Source: Macrostomum lignano (lineage: Eukaryota). From it: a stretch of DNA of 64,000 nucleotides. A program made the position numbers and the translations under genes. This document shows positions 1 through 12,632 of this stretch, in pieces. A model generated the notes under the pieces. That model saw nothing but the letters and a program-made list of their open reading frames with translations. It made no database searches and was not told the origin of the DNA. Positions within the stretch are counted from its first letter, which is position 1. Each line of letters starts with the position of its first letter. The stretch is taken from the NCBI GenBank assembly GCA_002269645.1, contig NIVC01001630.1, positions 1-64,000 on the forward strand, written 5' to 3'.

Positions 1-286
1 TGTCAGAACAAATCTGGGGACACAGCCCTGCACCTGACCGCCTGGAAGAGTCACTCCGCCGTAGTCGAACTCCTGCTGTTCGGCGACGGAGCCCAGCCGG
101 TCCGCAACTGGCGTAGCCAATGCCAGCTGTGGTCGGTGAAGAATCGCAGGGTGAGACGCCTTTAGCCATGGCAAAGACGCCGAGGTTAAAGCGGCACTGC
201 TGAGGGCGGCCAGGCTGCTGGGGAGAACTACCTCAGCCACCGAGGTGACCTATAGCGACTCAGACGATGGAGGCGACTCAGATTAA
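1..286 (+). pseudogene. 3' end of an ankyrin-repeat protein gene, frameshifted (pseudogene or sequencing error)
   Basis: Frame 1 reads QNKSGDTALHLTAWKSHSAVVELLLFGDGA (ankyrin consensus G-x-T-A-L-H...VVELLL..GA). A second repeat start KN-SQGETPLAMAK lies in another frame, and the tail DAEVKAALLRAA...DSDDGGDSD* ends at TAA 284-286 in a third. Truncated by the window edge. Confidence 0.7.
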
Positions 287-643
287 GGATCTATCATTCT
301 CAAGGAAAGTGACTATAGTTTTGCTAATCTATATTAACAAAAATCACGAGATGTTGCTTCTTCAACATACTACTGTTCAGTAGGAATGCGAGAATTTTTT
401 TAATAACGAAAACTTCTCTCTGTCAATACTTTTTATTAATCGAATCTGTTGTTTATTTAACTCTTGTATTTATTCATGAATTGTGTCTTAATGCGCAATG
501 AGATTATAGATATAATTAATTTTTGACGGGATATCGCCATTTCACTGCCAGAAATTCGAGTGCAAGGGACATTTTATCTTCGGACGATAAATAGAGTTAG
601 GCTATGGTTAACAGTTAAGTTGTGATAGTGAAAAAGGTGACAG

Positions 644-1385
644 TCCAATGTCACTGACAGTCCAATGTCACTGGCAGTCAAATGTCACTGGCAGTCAAAT
701 GTCACTGGCAGTCCAATGTCACTGGCAGTCAAATGTCACTGGCAGTCCAATGTCACTGGCAGTCCAATGTCACTGGCAGTCCAATGTCACTGGCAGTCAA
801 ATGTCACTGAATGTCAGACTTCACTGACGTCAAATGTCACTGAATGTCAGACTTCACTGACGTCAAATGTCACTGACGGTCAAATTTCACTAACTTTCGA
901 ATGTCACTGACTGTCAGACTTCACTGACGTCAAATGTCACTGATAGCAAAATGTCACTGACGGTCAAATGTCACTGACAGTCCAATGTCACTGAATGTCA
1001 GACTTCACTGACAGCCAAATATCACTGACGGTCAAATGTCACTGACAGCCAAATATCACTGACGGTCAAATGTCACTGACAGTCCAATGTCACTGAATGT
1101 CAGACTTCACTGACAGCCAAATGTCACTGACTGTCAAATGTCACTGACTGTCAAGTGTCACTGACGGTCAAATGTCACTGACTGCCAAATGTCACTGACG
1201 GTCAAATGTCACTGACAGCCAAATGTCACTGACGGTCAAATGTCACTGACAGTCCAATGTCACTGAATGTCAGACTTCACTGACAGCCAAATATCACTGA
1301 CGGTCAAATGTCACTGACGGTCAAATGTCACTGACCGTCAGACTTCACTGACTGTCAAGTGCCACTGTCAGTCAAATGTCACTGC
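644..1385. repeat. 17-bp minisatellite with palindromic core TGTCA-C-TGACA
   Basis: Repeated caaatgtcactgac(a/g)gt / ccaatgtcactggcagt units, with interspersed aatgtcagacttcactgac variants. Confidence 0.95.
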
Positions 1386-1934
1386 TAATTTAACTGTGTA
1401 CGCTTTAAATCATCTCTAAATGTTTATTTCAGTATGAATGCCTGCCAATAATAATTAATTTTTGTCACTGTTCCCAGGAAACTGTGTCCTAGAGCACAGT
1501 GTCACAGGTGAACACTAGTGTCCTAATGTTCACCTTAGAATCGTAATCTTTGAGCGCGAAGAAAAAAAACTATCTTTAAAAAATTATTCAATAAGCAGTG
1601 TAAAATGATCCTACTTACAATAGTAGTCTCGGTGGATCGTTAAGCTGTTGAGTATTTATTTGAGAAATTGCCTTGATACTTGATTTTTAACCCGATGTAT
1701 GGTAGGTCATTTTTAAGCAAATTTTTTTTTTATCCTCATTGTCACTGCCATTAGATATTTTTTAAGGCAAATTTGCACTATTCGTAATAGAAAAAATAAT
1801 TCGTTATGCAGAATAAACTGTGCTTCCTTCTCTCGAGCTGTGAATTGTGCTTTAGTTAAAAATTTTTTATTCAGAAGCCGTGTGAAAAGTTTTGAATAAA
1901 ATTTTCATCTGGTGCTGTCTTAGTTCTACTCTAT

Positions 1935-2160
1935 ATTCTACTTCCACTTCTACTCTATCTTCTTCTCTCACTTATACTCTCCCTTCTACTCTCCCTTCTA
2001 CTCTCACTTCTACTCTCACTTCTACTCTCACATCTACTCTCACTTCTACTCTCACTTCTAATCTCACTCCAACTCTCACTTCTACTCTCACCTCTACTCT
2101 CACATCTACTCTTACTCCAACTCTCACTCCAACTCTCAATTCTACTCTAAATTCTACTCT
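1935..2160. repeat. 12-bp low-complexity tandem repeat (tctactctcact)n
   Basis: Direct inspection; explains the TLTS-repeat ORF 1892-2203. Confidence 0.9.
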
Positions 2161-3093
2161 CCTTCTGAAAATTAGATTTTTGAAAACTTCTGAAAACTTC
2201 TGAAGATTTCTGAAAACTCTTTCTTTTACTCTTACTTCTAGTCTCCCTTCTACAATATTTTGTATTACTCATTTTTCTGCTAATTTTCTCAGCCCACTGC
2301 CGATGCCTCACTCACAGTTTTTCATTTCCACCTAGAGACAACTCCGTCGTTTAGCGAGGCACATCGCTGCAAACTAATTAATAAATCAGATAGCTAAGCC
2401 CAGGCTAGGGCTATGGAATAAAACATAGCAGGGCATAAAAAGCTAATTTAATTAACGAAGAACACACAGTTTTGGACAGGTAAAGTGAGTGGATGCGTGA
2501 CCTCAATGCTTCCGTTCTATGAATTTGTTATAATGAGAAAGTTGGCTTAAGGAAGTCCATGTCCAACGCGTTCCAGTGCGTCTTTTGATTTGACGGAATT
2601 CTCATGAACTTGTAATTTTTTTAAAGCGAGGGCTTTTACTGGTAAAACAGCTCGTAAGAGTCAGCTCATCAGCGAACTTCAGTGAGGTATTAAAATCGTA
2701 ATAATTAACGCGCAATATCAAAATAATTTCTAGAAAGCAAGGATTCTATGAGCTACTCGGGTTGTAATTGGGAATATTTCTTTATACAATCATATTATTT
2801 GGAAAAACTTCAGCAATATGGTTAACAATATTGCCATAAAGGTGCCATTGCTGTAAGGGATGGAACCACTACGTTACAAAATCTAAGCTACACGAGCAGA
2901 ATATCGTACTACATATGTAGATAATACAGGGAATTCGAATCGGCTGACCACATGTTTTTATCAATTTTTTCGATGCGATTAGATGACGTGATATAACTTT
3001 TTGTGTCCGCGTCACACTCCGCTAGGAAAAGAAATTTTAGTCTTGTGGACACATTCATTCTTGGTGGGCGACGCAACTCAGCGACCAGCAAGG

Positions 3094-5406
3094 CTAGATG
3101 GCGGTGTTCTCCTTCGAGCTGAAGCCGCTGTTCACGTGACTCCGTCGAGCTGTGCCGTCCGATTGGGCGTCGCTGCTGGGGCCTTCGCCGATGGCAAACT
3201 GAACGGCTCCCAGGCCGATGGCTGGCTGCTGTCGATGCTGATGCTGCTGGAGGCTCAACTCGTGCTGCGCCGGCGACTCCGAGGTTCGACGCTGGAAGAC
3301 GCCGGGCGACTCGCGAACGTTCGCCGAACTGCCGCCGCTTCCGTCGGCCCCGTCGCCCAGCCGGTCCAGCCGGTGGCCCTGGGACGCGCCGCGGTGCAGC
3401 AGCCGGATGCCCCTGGCCAGCCTGGATTGCATGTCGTGCAGCCTTCGCGTCATGTCCGCGTCCGAGTTCAACGACTTCGTCAGGCCGGCGTGCACCTGGG
3501 CGGAGGCGCGGCGCGCCTGATGATCGATCACGCGGCGAACCTCGCTCGGACCCATCGAGGAAATATTGCCAGTTGATGCGCCAAGCGCAGTCAGGTCAGG
3601 GAACGACGGACCGGCTCCGCCGAGGTCCTGCATCGAGGCCACGGAGGCGACACGTCGGGCGAGGCCGGGAGCCAGGGCGGACAAGTGGTGCGTGGACTTC
3701 TTCTGGTCGGTCTCCAGGCTGGCGTAGTGCATCTTCAGAGCTACTTTGCGGTACACATCGACAATCTTCTCTGTCTGGGTGCGCGGATCGCGCTGCAGAA
3801 TCCGGCGGAAGATCCGACTATCGAGTCGGTCGAAGCACTCGCGCATCCGGTAGTCGCCGCGTCTGCCGCAGATTCCCTCGATGCCGGCATTCAGATGGTC
3901 GACGGTGTGCGTCACCACCTCGTGGAAGACGCTGGTCAGAGGACGCTTGCGCAGCCGGATGTGGAGACACTTGACCAGCGGCTTGATGATCACTCCGACG
4001 ATAATGCAGGTGAACATGATGATGAACAGAGTTGTGGTCAGGAGCCGTTCGCGCATCAACGGATCGCCATCAGCCTTCAACAGGTCCTTATTCTCGACTA
4101 GGGTGGCCAATGCAAATGCGACGGCACCTCGGAGGCCGCCGAACGAGATGATGAGCTGCTCAGTGAGGCTGATGGGCGTCTTCCTGCCGAGCCGGTTCAG
4201 AGCGGCGCTGGACACGAAAGTGATGATGAATCGAGCAGCGAGGCAGAGCGCCAGAGACCACAGAGCGAAGCCCCAGTGCCAGACGTGAGTCTTCTTCACC
4301 AGCTCGATGCCCAGGTAGACAAAGATGATGGACTCGCTAACGCTGGCAACCATTTTAGTGAAGTACTTAATTGTAATCAGAGACTTTCTCGACACATTGT
4401 GAAACGCGTAGGCGGCTTGCACGATGCCGCAGCTGATGATGGCGATGAGGCCGGACCAGCCAACCATGTCCGCGATCATGTAGCTCAGGTAAGCCACCGA
4501 CAGCATGACTAGGGGCTCCACAACCCGCTCGCTGTAGGTAAATCGAGTGATGAAACAGCAGATGATGCCGCAGATCACGCCAATAAGCAGACCGCCCAGA
4601 CTGATGGTGAAGAAGCTGACAATGCCCAACAAGATATCTGAGCCGCTAGCAGTTTCCAGGGGCATGAAAGCGTTCATGGTCTTGTAGAGAACCACTGTCA
4701 CAGCGTCGTTCAGTAGCGACTCGCCGAACACCAGATAGTAGAGACCCTGCTCAACTCCGACGTCCTGGAAGATGGCCAGCACAGCGACTGGATCGACGGC
4801 CACGATGTACGAGCCGAACAGCAGGCAGGTCTTGAGCGACACTCGCAGGGCGCCCATCGCCCCGGCGGCACTCAGGCCGTACAGAGCGAAGCCGATGATG
4901 AAAAATGCGAAAACTGTGCCAACCACGGCGAAGTACAAAATCGAGCCGAGGTTCTCGCCGAAGTTTCGATCGTAGAGCGAATAGGCAGCTTCGAGCATGA
5001 TTGGCGGTAGGAGGATGTAGAAGAAGAGGCTGGGCGTTAGGTCCCAGTAGTAGCGCTCGGTATCCGAGTATACGGTGAAGAACACAATGATCCCGATGCC
5101 TACGCCCAAGAAGATGAGCACAATTGACTCGGGCACGAGTTCGGACAGCCAGTGGATGTGGTGGAACAGCGCCTTCAGAATGGAAACCACCACGATGAAC
5201 AGGGAGATCACTATGTACACCTTGACGCTGTCCCAGTGCCAGTCAGCCACCTTGATACCGGTACTGTGACCGCCTCCGTGGTCGCCGCCAGTGCTACTAT
5301 TGGCACCGGTACTACCTGTACTGGAACCGCCGCCTCCACCGCTTAACGAGGTCGATGCCGAAAGCAACAACAAAAGCAACAAAAAGAATTGCTTGTTGAC
5401 TGCCAT
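3094..5406 (-). CDS. SLC9A: Na+/H+ exchanger (CPA1/SLC9A, plasma-membrane NHE type), 770 aa, single exon
   Basis: Signal peptide, then NHE hallmarks LLPPIMLEAAY, AVDPVAVLAIF, FGESLLNDAVTVVLY and GGLRGAVAFALA, about 12 hydrophobic segments and a long cytosolic tail. Confidence 0.95.
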   Translation of the reverse strand: MAVNKQFFLLLLLLLSASTSLSGGGGGSSTGSTGANSSTGGDHGGGHSTGIKVADWHWDSVKVYIVISLFIVVVSILKALFHHIHWLSELVPESIVLIFLGVGIGIIVFFTVYSDTERYYWDLTPSLFFYILLPPIMLEAAYSLYDRNFGENLGSILYFAVVGTVFAFFIIGFALYGLSAAGAMGALRVSLKTCLLFGSYIVAVDPVAVLAIFQDVGVEQGLYYLVFGESLLNDAVTVVLYKTMNAFMPLETASGSDILLGIVSFFTISLGGLLIGVICGIICCFITRFTYSERVVEPLVMLSVAYLSYMIADMVGWSGLIAIISCGIVQAAYAFHNVSRKSLITIKYFTKMVASVSESIIFVYLGIELVKKTHVWHWGFALWSLALCLAARFIITFVSSAALNRLGRKTPISLTEQLIISFGGLRGAVAFALATLVENKDLLKADGDPLMRERLLTTTLFIIMFTCIIVGVIIKPLVKCLHIRLRKRPLTSVFHEVVTHTVDHLNAGIEGICGRRGDYRMRECFDRLDSRIFRRILQRDPRTQTEKIVDVYRKVALKMHYASLETDQKKSTHHLSALAPGLARRVASVASMQDLGGAGPSFPDLTALGASTGNISSMGPSEVRRVIDHQARRASAQVHAGLTKSLNSDADMTRRLHDMQSRLARGIRLLHRGASQGHRLDRLGDGADGSGGSSANVRESPGVFQRRTSESPAQHELSLQQHQHRQQPAIGLGAVQFAIGEGPSSDAQSDGTARRSHVNSGFSSKENTAI

Positions 5407-6096
5407 TTAAAGTTTCTTGAATAGTTGAACCAATACAGACAAACTGTTCTTCCAAGGCCGAACTGCATGCTTTTATAGCGCAATTTCGGCGTGAAAACTG
5501 CACCGCAGATAATTGGATCCCCTGGTGCGCTCTGCGCAGGAGAGCTCTGAAACTCCAGTTCGATCTGGCATGGCAAACTTTCTGTCTCAAAACTTGGAGT
5601 TCCTGCAGACATTTACGAGCTACATGTCTTGCAGTGTCCGCGGTGCCTTTTGTCAAATTAAAAGTGCAAATCAGTTAGGTAGGCGCTCTAGGACTCTCAT
5701 GGCTAAGTATTGCTCTAAAATGCAGAAAACATTTAGGCAGAACTACCGCTGTTTTGAAGAATGCAGTCAATTCCGATTATATATATATATATATTTTTTA
5801 GACTCATTCATCATCATAATTGAGTCAAGGAGGCTAGAATTCTCATCGATACCAATGAGACAATAAAACAAAGCCAAGTTCTTTTTTGTTAAGAGTTTTG
5901 GGTATTTTGTCTATTTCTTGAAGAAGGTGGACATCTTAAAAGTTGGGCATGCATGCCCTTATTTTGTAGGTGGGCATTGGGAATCGAAAAGTACAACTCG
6001 GATTTGAGTTGGAAAATAGTTAGTAATAATCGTGTTTTTAAGTTTTCATCCAATTTTTCTGTAACCAAATGGTATTTCCACCTCTCTCTGAATCAG

Positions 6097-7689
6097 TCAC
6101 CACGGCATCATCTCTCGGACAGCCTGACGATATTTCTTACACCTGGCCATCAGAATGATCCAATTGACAGCCTGACCTGTCATGGCCAGCTGCTTCAGGC
6201 TGAAAATAAAGTTGCTCAGCATTCGGGCAGTCCGAATGCCAGCCTGACGGTCTGCCGTATACTTCGTCACCAACTGCACTGCCCACTCGACGGCTAACAG
6301 CGGCAAGTTGAACCCCAGCGTGACACACGACATCGCCATGACAATAGTCGCACTGCTTAGACTCTGCCGGTCGACGCCAGATTCGGTAGCAGTATTATTC
6401 GATAAATGACGCCTTTTAGCGGCTAGTCTAGCAATCCTGATCAATAGAGCCACGTTGCACAACAGCACCAACAGCAGAGGGATGGTTGGTGGAGAGATAA
6501 ACAAAGTGTCGTACGTGAGCGCAAAGTTGTGCTGACTGGGAGCGAAGTAACACACAATGCTGAAAAAGCCGACGCCGTCAAAAATGGCGTAACGTGTTAC
6601 CAGGAGAAGTCGAGGAACGGTGAGGCCCAGGGTGACCAGTGTGGCGGCTAGTACTGACCTGTGTACAGACCGATTGCACAGTGAATAAATATTCTGTACA
6701 AAGTGCACGAAGTAGTGTTTGATCGTTAATCTTTAATCGAGTCGCAACCCAAGAAACTGATCGATCAAGAAACTCGTTAGCCAATAAAGCATGTCGAAAA
6801 CAAAGTAAACTAGCAACTCGACAAAAAACAAATCGACAACCAATCAACTCCACAACCAAACAAATCGACAACCAAGCAACTCCACAACCAAACAAATCGA
6901 CAACCAAGCAACTCCACAACCAAACAAATCGACAACCAAGCAACTCCACAACCAAACAGCTCGACAACCAAGCAACTTGACAATCAAGAAAACTAGTCAA
7001 CCAAGCAATTCATCACTAAAGCTATGAACTACTTACTGCATGACAAATTTGCAACCATCAGGTCATACTTGCACGAGAGTACAAGTAAGACACACTGTCA
7101 CAAAAGGGTCATTAAATGACAGCTCCGTAACTGCATAGGAGCGCCTCAAGTCTGATAAGCAAGTAAATTCTGGATCTTACCTGAAAGCAATGCCAGACCC
7201 CACCTGTTGAAGCCTCATGGGCATCAGAAAGGCCAGCAGCCTGTCTGTCACCATCACCAACAGCAGCATAGCGGGCAGTAGCTGACACAGACTGCCAATT
7301 ATCCAATGAGCTTTACAACCAATTTCTCCGCGATTGCTCAACAGAAAACCCAGCCGACCACCCGAGATCCAGGGCAGGCCGCGGTTCAAGAAGCCGTGAA
7401 GCATGCCCAACAGCGGCACCGTAACGCAGTCGACAAGAGCAACGCAACCGTAGAAAGCATTCTGTCTGGTCAATGGGCGCCACTTAAACAGGGCCAAGTA
7501 GCCAGTCAGGCCGTTGCCAAAGAAACTGAGGCAGGCAAGAAATGGCGAGATAAACGCACAGAAAATGCCGCTAATTGTGGCGGTGATGCAGCCAGCCCTC
7601 AAGGCCTCTAAGCCGCTTCTGCAGTCGACCAGCAGGTACGAAAATGTGTCAAAATTGTAGCTCAGGCGACCGCTAGACGAATCGTTCAT
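6097..7689 (-). CDS. Orphan rhodopsin-family (class A) GPCR, 2 exons, about 356 aa
   Basis: Exon 1 7689-7181 has TM1 GN, TM2 LVD, Cys before TM3 and a DRY variant TDRLLA, ending at donor ag|gtaag. Exon 2 6658-6097 follows acceptor tacacag| and encodes TM4-TM7. Joined CDS is 1071 nt, in frame across a phase-2 intron. Confidence 0.85.
6822..7000. repeat. About 32-bp tandem repeat inside the GPCR intron
   Basis: aacaaatcgacaaccaagcaactccacaacca repeated about 5 times. Confidence 0.85.
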
Positions 7690-8274
7690 TCTAATTTGCC
7701 AGAATCAGAGGTGCCTCTGAAACTAATTGATTTGGTTGTTACACCTGTTCGCAGAAAATGTTCTTAACAGACTATCCATCCAAACTTACCTTAAAAATCA
7801 AAAATCAAACTTGGATTTTGTTCTTACGACTTCAACAATCATTCACCATCGTCGATACCTCGTCAGTTGAGCAGTTAGGTTAGAAGACAAGATACTCGTC
7901 GAAATTTTAGTGGGAGGATTTCCTATTGCATATTTATAGCCAGCTACACTCGTGCCAATTAGATTGGAGATCATTAATTATAGCTCGTACGATATCTGCA
8001 GTCACTGAGAAGTGCCACGCCCCAGGACTGCGTGAATAGCAAAAGAGGAAATTATAAAATGCTCAATGGATTCAGTCAGTCGTGAAAAAATAATTGATCA
8101 TGTTAAAGCTTTGATCTGAAAATAATTGCCTTGAATTCCACTCGCATGCAGCATTCATGGCAATGCGCTGTTCAGATTCATCAGCAATTAAACTGAGCTC
8201 CATACTGGCTCTGGTTTTGAAGATTGCAAATTTCACGAGATTAGAATCCTAAACTCGGCTGTGATTAGCATTTC

Positions 8275-10022
8275 ATACCTGTCTCAGACCGTCTGCAATT
8301 AGCATCTCACACCTGTCTGTCATTATCATCTGACACTTGTCTGTGATTAGCATCTCATACCTGTCTGTGATTAGCATTTCATACCTGTCTGTGATTAGCA
8401 TTTCATACCTGTCTGTGATTAGCATCTCATACCTGTCTGTGATTAGCATCTCATACCTGTCTGTGATTAGCATCTCATACCTGTCTGTGATTAGCATCTC
8501 ATACCCATCTGTGATTAGCATCTCACACCCATCTGTGATTAGCATCTCACACCCATCTGTGATTAGCATCTCATACCTGTCTGTGATTAGCATCCCACAC
8601 CTATCTGTGATTAGCATCTCATACCTGCCTGTGATTAGCATCTCATACCTGTCTGTGATTAGCATCTCACACCCATCTGTGATTAGCATCTCATACCTGT
8701 CTGTGATTAGCATCTTATACTTGTCTGTGATTAGCATCCCACACCTATCTGTGATTAGCATCTCATACCTGTCTGTGATTAGCATCTCATACCTGTCTGT
8801 GATTAGCATCTCATACCTGTCTGTGATTAGCATCTCATATCCATCTGTGATTAGCATCTCACACCCATCTGTGATTAGCATCTCATACCTGTCTGTGATT
8901 AGCATCTCATACCTGTCTGTGATTAGCATCTCACACCCATCTGTGATTAGCATCTCATACCTGTCTGTGATTAGCATCTCATACCTGTCTGTGATTAGCA
9001 TCTCATACCTGTCTGTGATTAGCATCCCACACCTATCTGTGATTAGCATCTCATACCTGTCTGTGATTAGCATCTCACACCCATCTGTGATTAGCATCTC
9101 ATACCTGTCTGTGATTAGCATCTTATACTTGTCTGTGATTAGCATCCCACACCTATCTGTGATTAGCATCTCATACCTGTCTGTGATTAGCATCTCATAC
9201 CTGTCTGTGATTAGCATCTCATATCCATCTGTGATTAGCATCTCACACCCATCTGTGATTAGCATCTCATACCTGTCTGTGATTAGCATCTCATACCTGT
9301 CTGTGATTAGCATCTCACACCCATCTGTGATTAGCATCTCATACCTGTCTGTGATTAGCATCTCATACCTGTCTGTGATTAGCATCTCATACCTGTCTGT
9401 GATTAGCATCCCACACCTATCTGTGATTAGCATCTCATACCTGTCTGTGATTAGCATCTCACACCCATCTGTGATTAGCATCTCATACCTGTCTGTGATT
9501 AGCATCTTATACTTGTCTGTGATTAGCATCCCACACCTATCTGTGATTAGCATCTCATACCTGTCTGTGATTAGCATCTCATACCTGTCTGTGATTAGCA
9601 TCTCATACCTGTCTGTGATTAGCATCTCATATCCATCTGTGATTAGCATCTCACACCCATCTGTGATTAGCATCTCATACCTGTCTGTGATTAGCATCTC
9701 ATACCTGTCTGTGATTAGCATCTCACACCCATCTGTAATTAGCATCTCATACCTGTCTGTGATTAGCATCTTATACTTGTCTGTGATTAGCATCCCACAC
9801 CTATCTGTGATTAGCATCTCATACCTGTCTGTGATTAGCATCTCATACCTGTCTGTGATTAGCATCTCATACTTGTCTGTGATTAGCATCTCATACCTGT
9901 CTGTGATTAGCATCTCATACTTGTCTGTGATTAGCATCTCATACCTGTCTGTGATTAGCATCTCATACCTGTCTGTGATTAGTATCTCATACCTGTCTCA
10001 GGTTGTCTCCAATTAGCATCTC
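8275..10022. repeat. 24-bp minisatellite (gtctgtgattagcatctcatacct)n, about 72 units, with higher-order structure
   Basis: Direct inspection; generates the periodic MLITDRYE and SVISISYL ORFs on the two strands. Confidence 0.97.
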
Positions 10023-10658
10023 ACACACCGATACTGTAGGTACGATAGTCCCATAATTAAATAAAGTAAATAAATCTAGCAGAGCCAAAAATAAATCAGT
10101 TTAAAAGCTTACAAATAATAATAATTAATAATAGATTTGCGTCACCCACAGTGGCGGCCCAAACCGACAGCATTTATTATTAAACCATAAACTGCTTCGC
10201 ACATTTTTTAATCCCTCAAACTTGGCTTGTCACACAGAGTGAACTCTTTCGCGCAACTAAAGGAGGGGGAAGGCCGGACAGACCTGCAAATGTGGGTCTA
10301 AAAAGAGCATATTTATCAGGTCTCTCAGGGGCGCAGGCAAGCAAACAAAAACACCCACTGGACACGTAGCAAAGTATGTGACAGAACACAGACACCCAAT
10401 TAAACTTCGGACAACTTCAGGCTGTTTATTAAAAAATTTCGGATTATCAGCCAGCCTAAAGTTGTACGGTCAACCTAGCGCGACCTTGTTGTAAACAAAA
10501 ATTTTAATCAACTGAAGCCGAAACAAACAAACAAACAGAATTTGAAACAATTTTTAAACAAACTGAAGTGATTTTAACCAATATTTGTCTGGGGGAAAAG
10601 AAAATAGAGACAAACTTTTGTTAATATTTTTAGCCCAAGCAACGGACCCCCTCTTAGC

Positions 10659-12054
10659 CTAGTCCAATATCGGCTCCTCTTGACTCTTCCGCACGCAACG
10701 GGCCACGCGTTTCTTAAAGCTGGCGGGGTTCTCGCGAAACTCCTTGGCCGCGTCCACATTGGCCGGGCTGTCCGGATTCGGTTCGGACAGCATCGTGATG
10801 ACGGACATGACAATGGATTCTACAGAGTGAATTGGTAGCCAGCGCTCCTCTGGTCGCTCGTAGCCCCACTTGTCCTCACCTGGACGGGTAGACGAAGGCG
10901 ATGAAAGTTGTGTAGCTAAATAGCTTGTTAAATATTCCCCAGGAGCTAAATCCATTCTAAATCTAATCCATTAAATTTCTGATTTAATTTGAGAAATCAA
11001 AAGATGGAGATTTAAAAGGATTCACAAACCTCAAATTGAGGATGTAAAGACAAGGAACTCAAAATTAAGGATCTGAAATCATAATTTTTAAATTGGGGAA
11101 CTAAAATCATAATCCTTCAATTGGGGATCTGAAATCATAATCCATTAATGGGGGACCCGGGGAATCATAAGCCATAAATTGGGGATCTGAGGAATCATAA
11201 TCCATAAATTGATGGTTTGAGGAATTATAATCCATAAATTGGGGATCTGAGGAATCATAATCCATAAATTGGGGATCTGAGGAATCATAATCCATAAATT
11301 GAGGGTCTGAGGAATTATAATCCATAAATTGGGTATCTGAGGAATCATAATCCATAAATTGAGAATCTGAGGAATCATAATCCATAAATTGAGGAATTGA
11401 GGAATCATAATCCATAAATTGGGGATCTGAGGAATCATAATCCATAAATTGGGGATCTGAGGAACCATAATCCATAAATTGGGGATCTGAGGAATCATAA
11501 TCCATAAATTGGGGATCTGAGGAACCATAATCCATAAATTGGGGATCTGAGGAATCATAATCCATAAATTGGGGATCTGAGGAACCATAATCCATAAATT
11601 GGGGATCTGAGGAACCATAATCCATAAATTGGGGATCTGAGGAATCATAATCCATAAATTGGGGGTATGAGGAATTATAACCCATAAATTGGGGATCTGA
11701 GAAATCATAATCCATAAATTGGGGGTATGAGGAATTATAATCCATAAATTGGGGATCTGAGAAATCAATCAAAAAATCTCACTTAACTCAACCAAACAAA
11801 AGACTCACCAGGCTCGTGCAGAATGGAGATGCACACGGAGCCATCAGACTCAACATTGGGATGCCAGATCTCGGTGAGGAATTTCATTTTAGGCGGCCTA
11901 TTCGGATAGTCCTTGGGGAAGCGCAGCTCAGCAACAAACAGGCCACCCTCATAAAGAGTGCCAGACGGCCCAAAGATGGTCACGCGCCAGATGTAGGGGT
12001 CATTGTCATCTAGTAGGCCAGCTGAGAAACAATCAGAGCCTTGCTTGCGGAGAT
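10659..12054 (-). CDS. UBE2G1: Ubiquitin-conjugating enzyme E2 G1 (Ubc7 family), last two coding exons; first exon not located
   Basis: Exon 12054-11809 (acceptor aatag|, donor g|gtgagt) reads LRKQGSDCFSAGLLDDNDPYIWRVTIFGP...EIWHPNV...VCISILHEP. Exon 10879-10659 (acceptor ccag|) reads GEDKWGYERPEERWLPIHSVE...SPANVDAAKE. Phases are compatible; the Ubc7-type acidic loop insertion is present; AATAAA on the minus strand near 10425. Confidence 0.95.
11085..11768. repeat. 30-bp minisatellite filling the last UBE2G1 intron
   Basis: aatcataatccataaattggggatctgagg repeated about 22 times between donor 11808 and acceptor 10880. Confidence 0.95.
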
Positions 12055-12632
12055 CTATTAGTTAGGAAAAAACAAAAAAGAATAATAAGTAATTGAGACT
12101 ACTCAAATCAGTAGTAGATATTATATTTTATTATAATTTATATTATCTAAATAACCATTTCTTAGAATTTTATGTGCTTGACTGAGAGTTTAAAAGGGAT
12201 AATGTTTTTTTATAAAGAAATCACTGCTTAGATAGAGAGCTTATCTAGGAAATAAGTTCATTAGGTTTACATTTTGGATTACAATCACAATATACTAATA
12301 AGGCAAGATTTATTATGTTTTAGCCAATTGTGAAAGTGGTTATAGTTTCATTAAATTAGTGCAAAAAAGAATATGTTTGTTATAATATGAAAAATATTTT
12401 CTGTCTATAAAATTTGTTAAAATATACACAAACTTGCTAAGTATAAATAGAACTAGAATTCAGTCTCAGACCTATAAGTATTACTTATAAATTTGCAATA
12501 AAAGAGATTGAAAAAATTCACTAATAGAAGGATTGGGAGAAATATTTGATTGCAAAGCCATAATAAGAGTAAAGCTGTGACTTTCCAAATCCCAATAATG
12601 CCAAGATTGAAAATAATACACGTAACCAGTAA

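Noticed and set aside
3001-5866. Plus-strand ORFs overlapping the NHE gene, and similar antisense ORFs over the TRIM, transporter and Lys-rich exons
   Set aside because: Shadow ORFs of GC-rich or biased coding sequence with no recognisable motifs.
8273-10016. 562-aa and 559-aa ORFs on opposite strands
   Set aside because: They are translations of a 24-bp minisatellite with no unique domain, signal or splice support.
11107-11772. 221-aa and 207-aa repeat ORFs
   Set aside because: The 30-bp array lies between the UBE2G1 splice donor and acceptor, so it is intronic.
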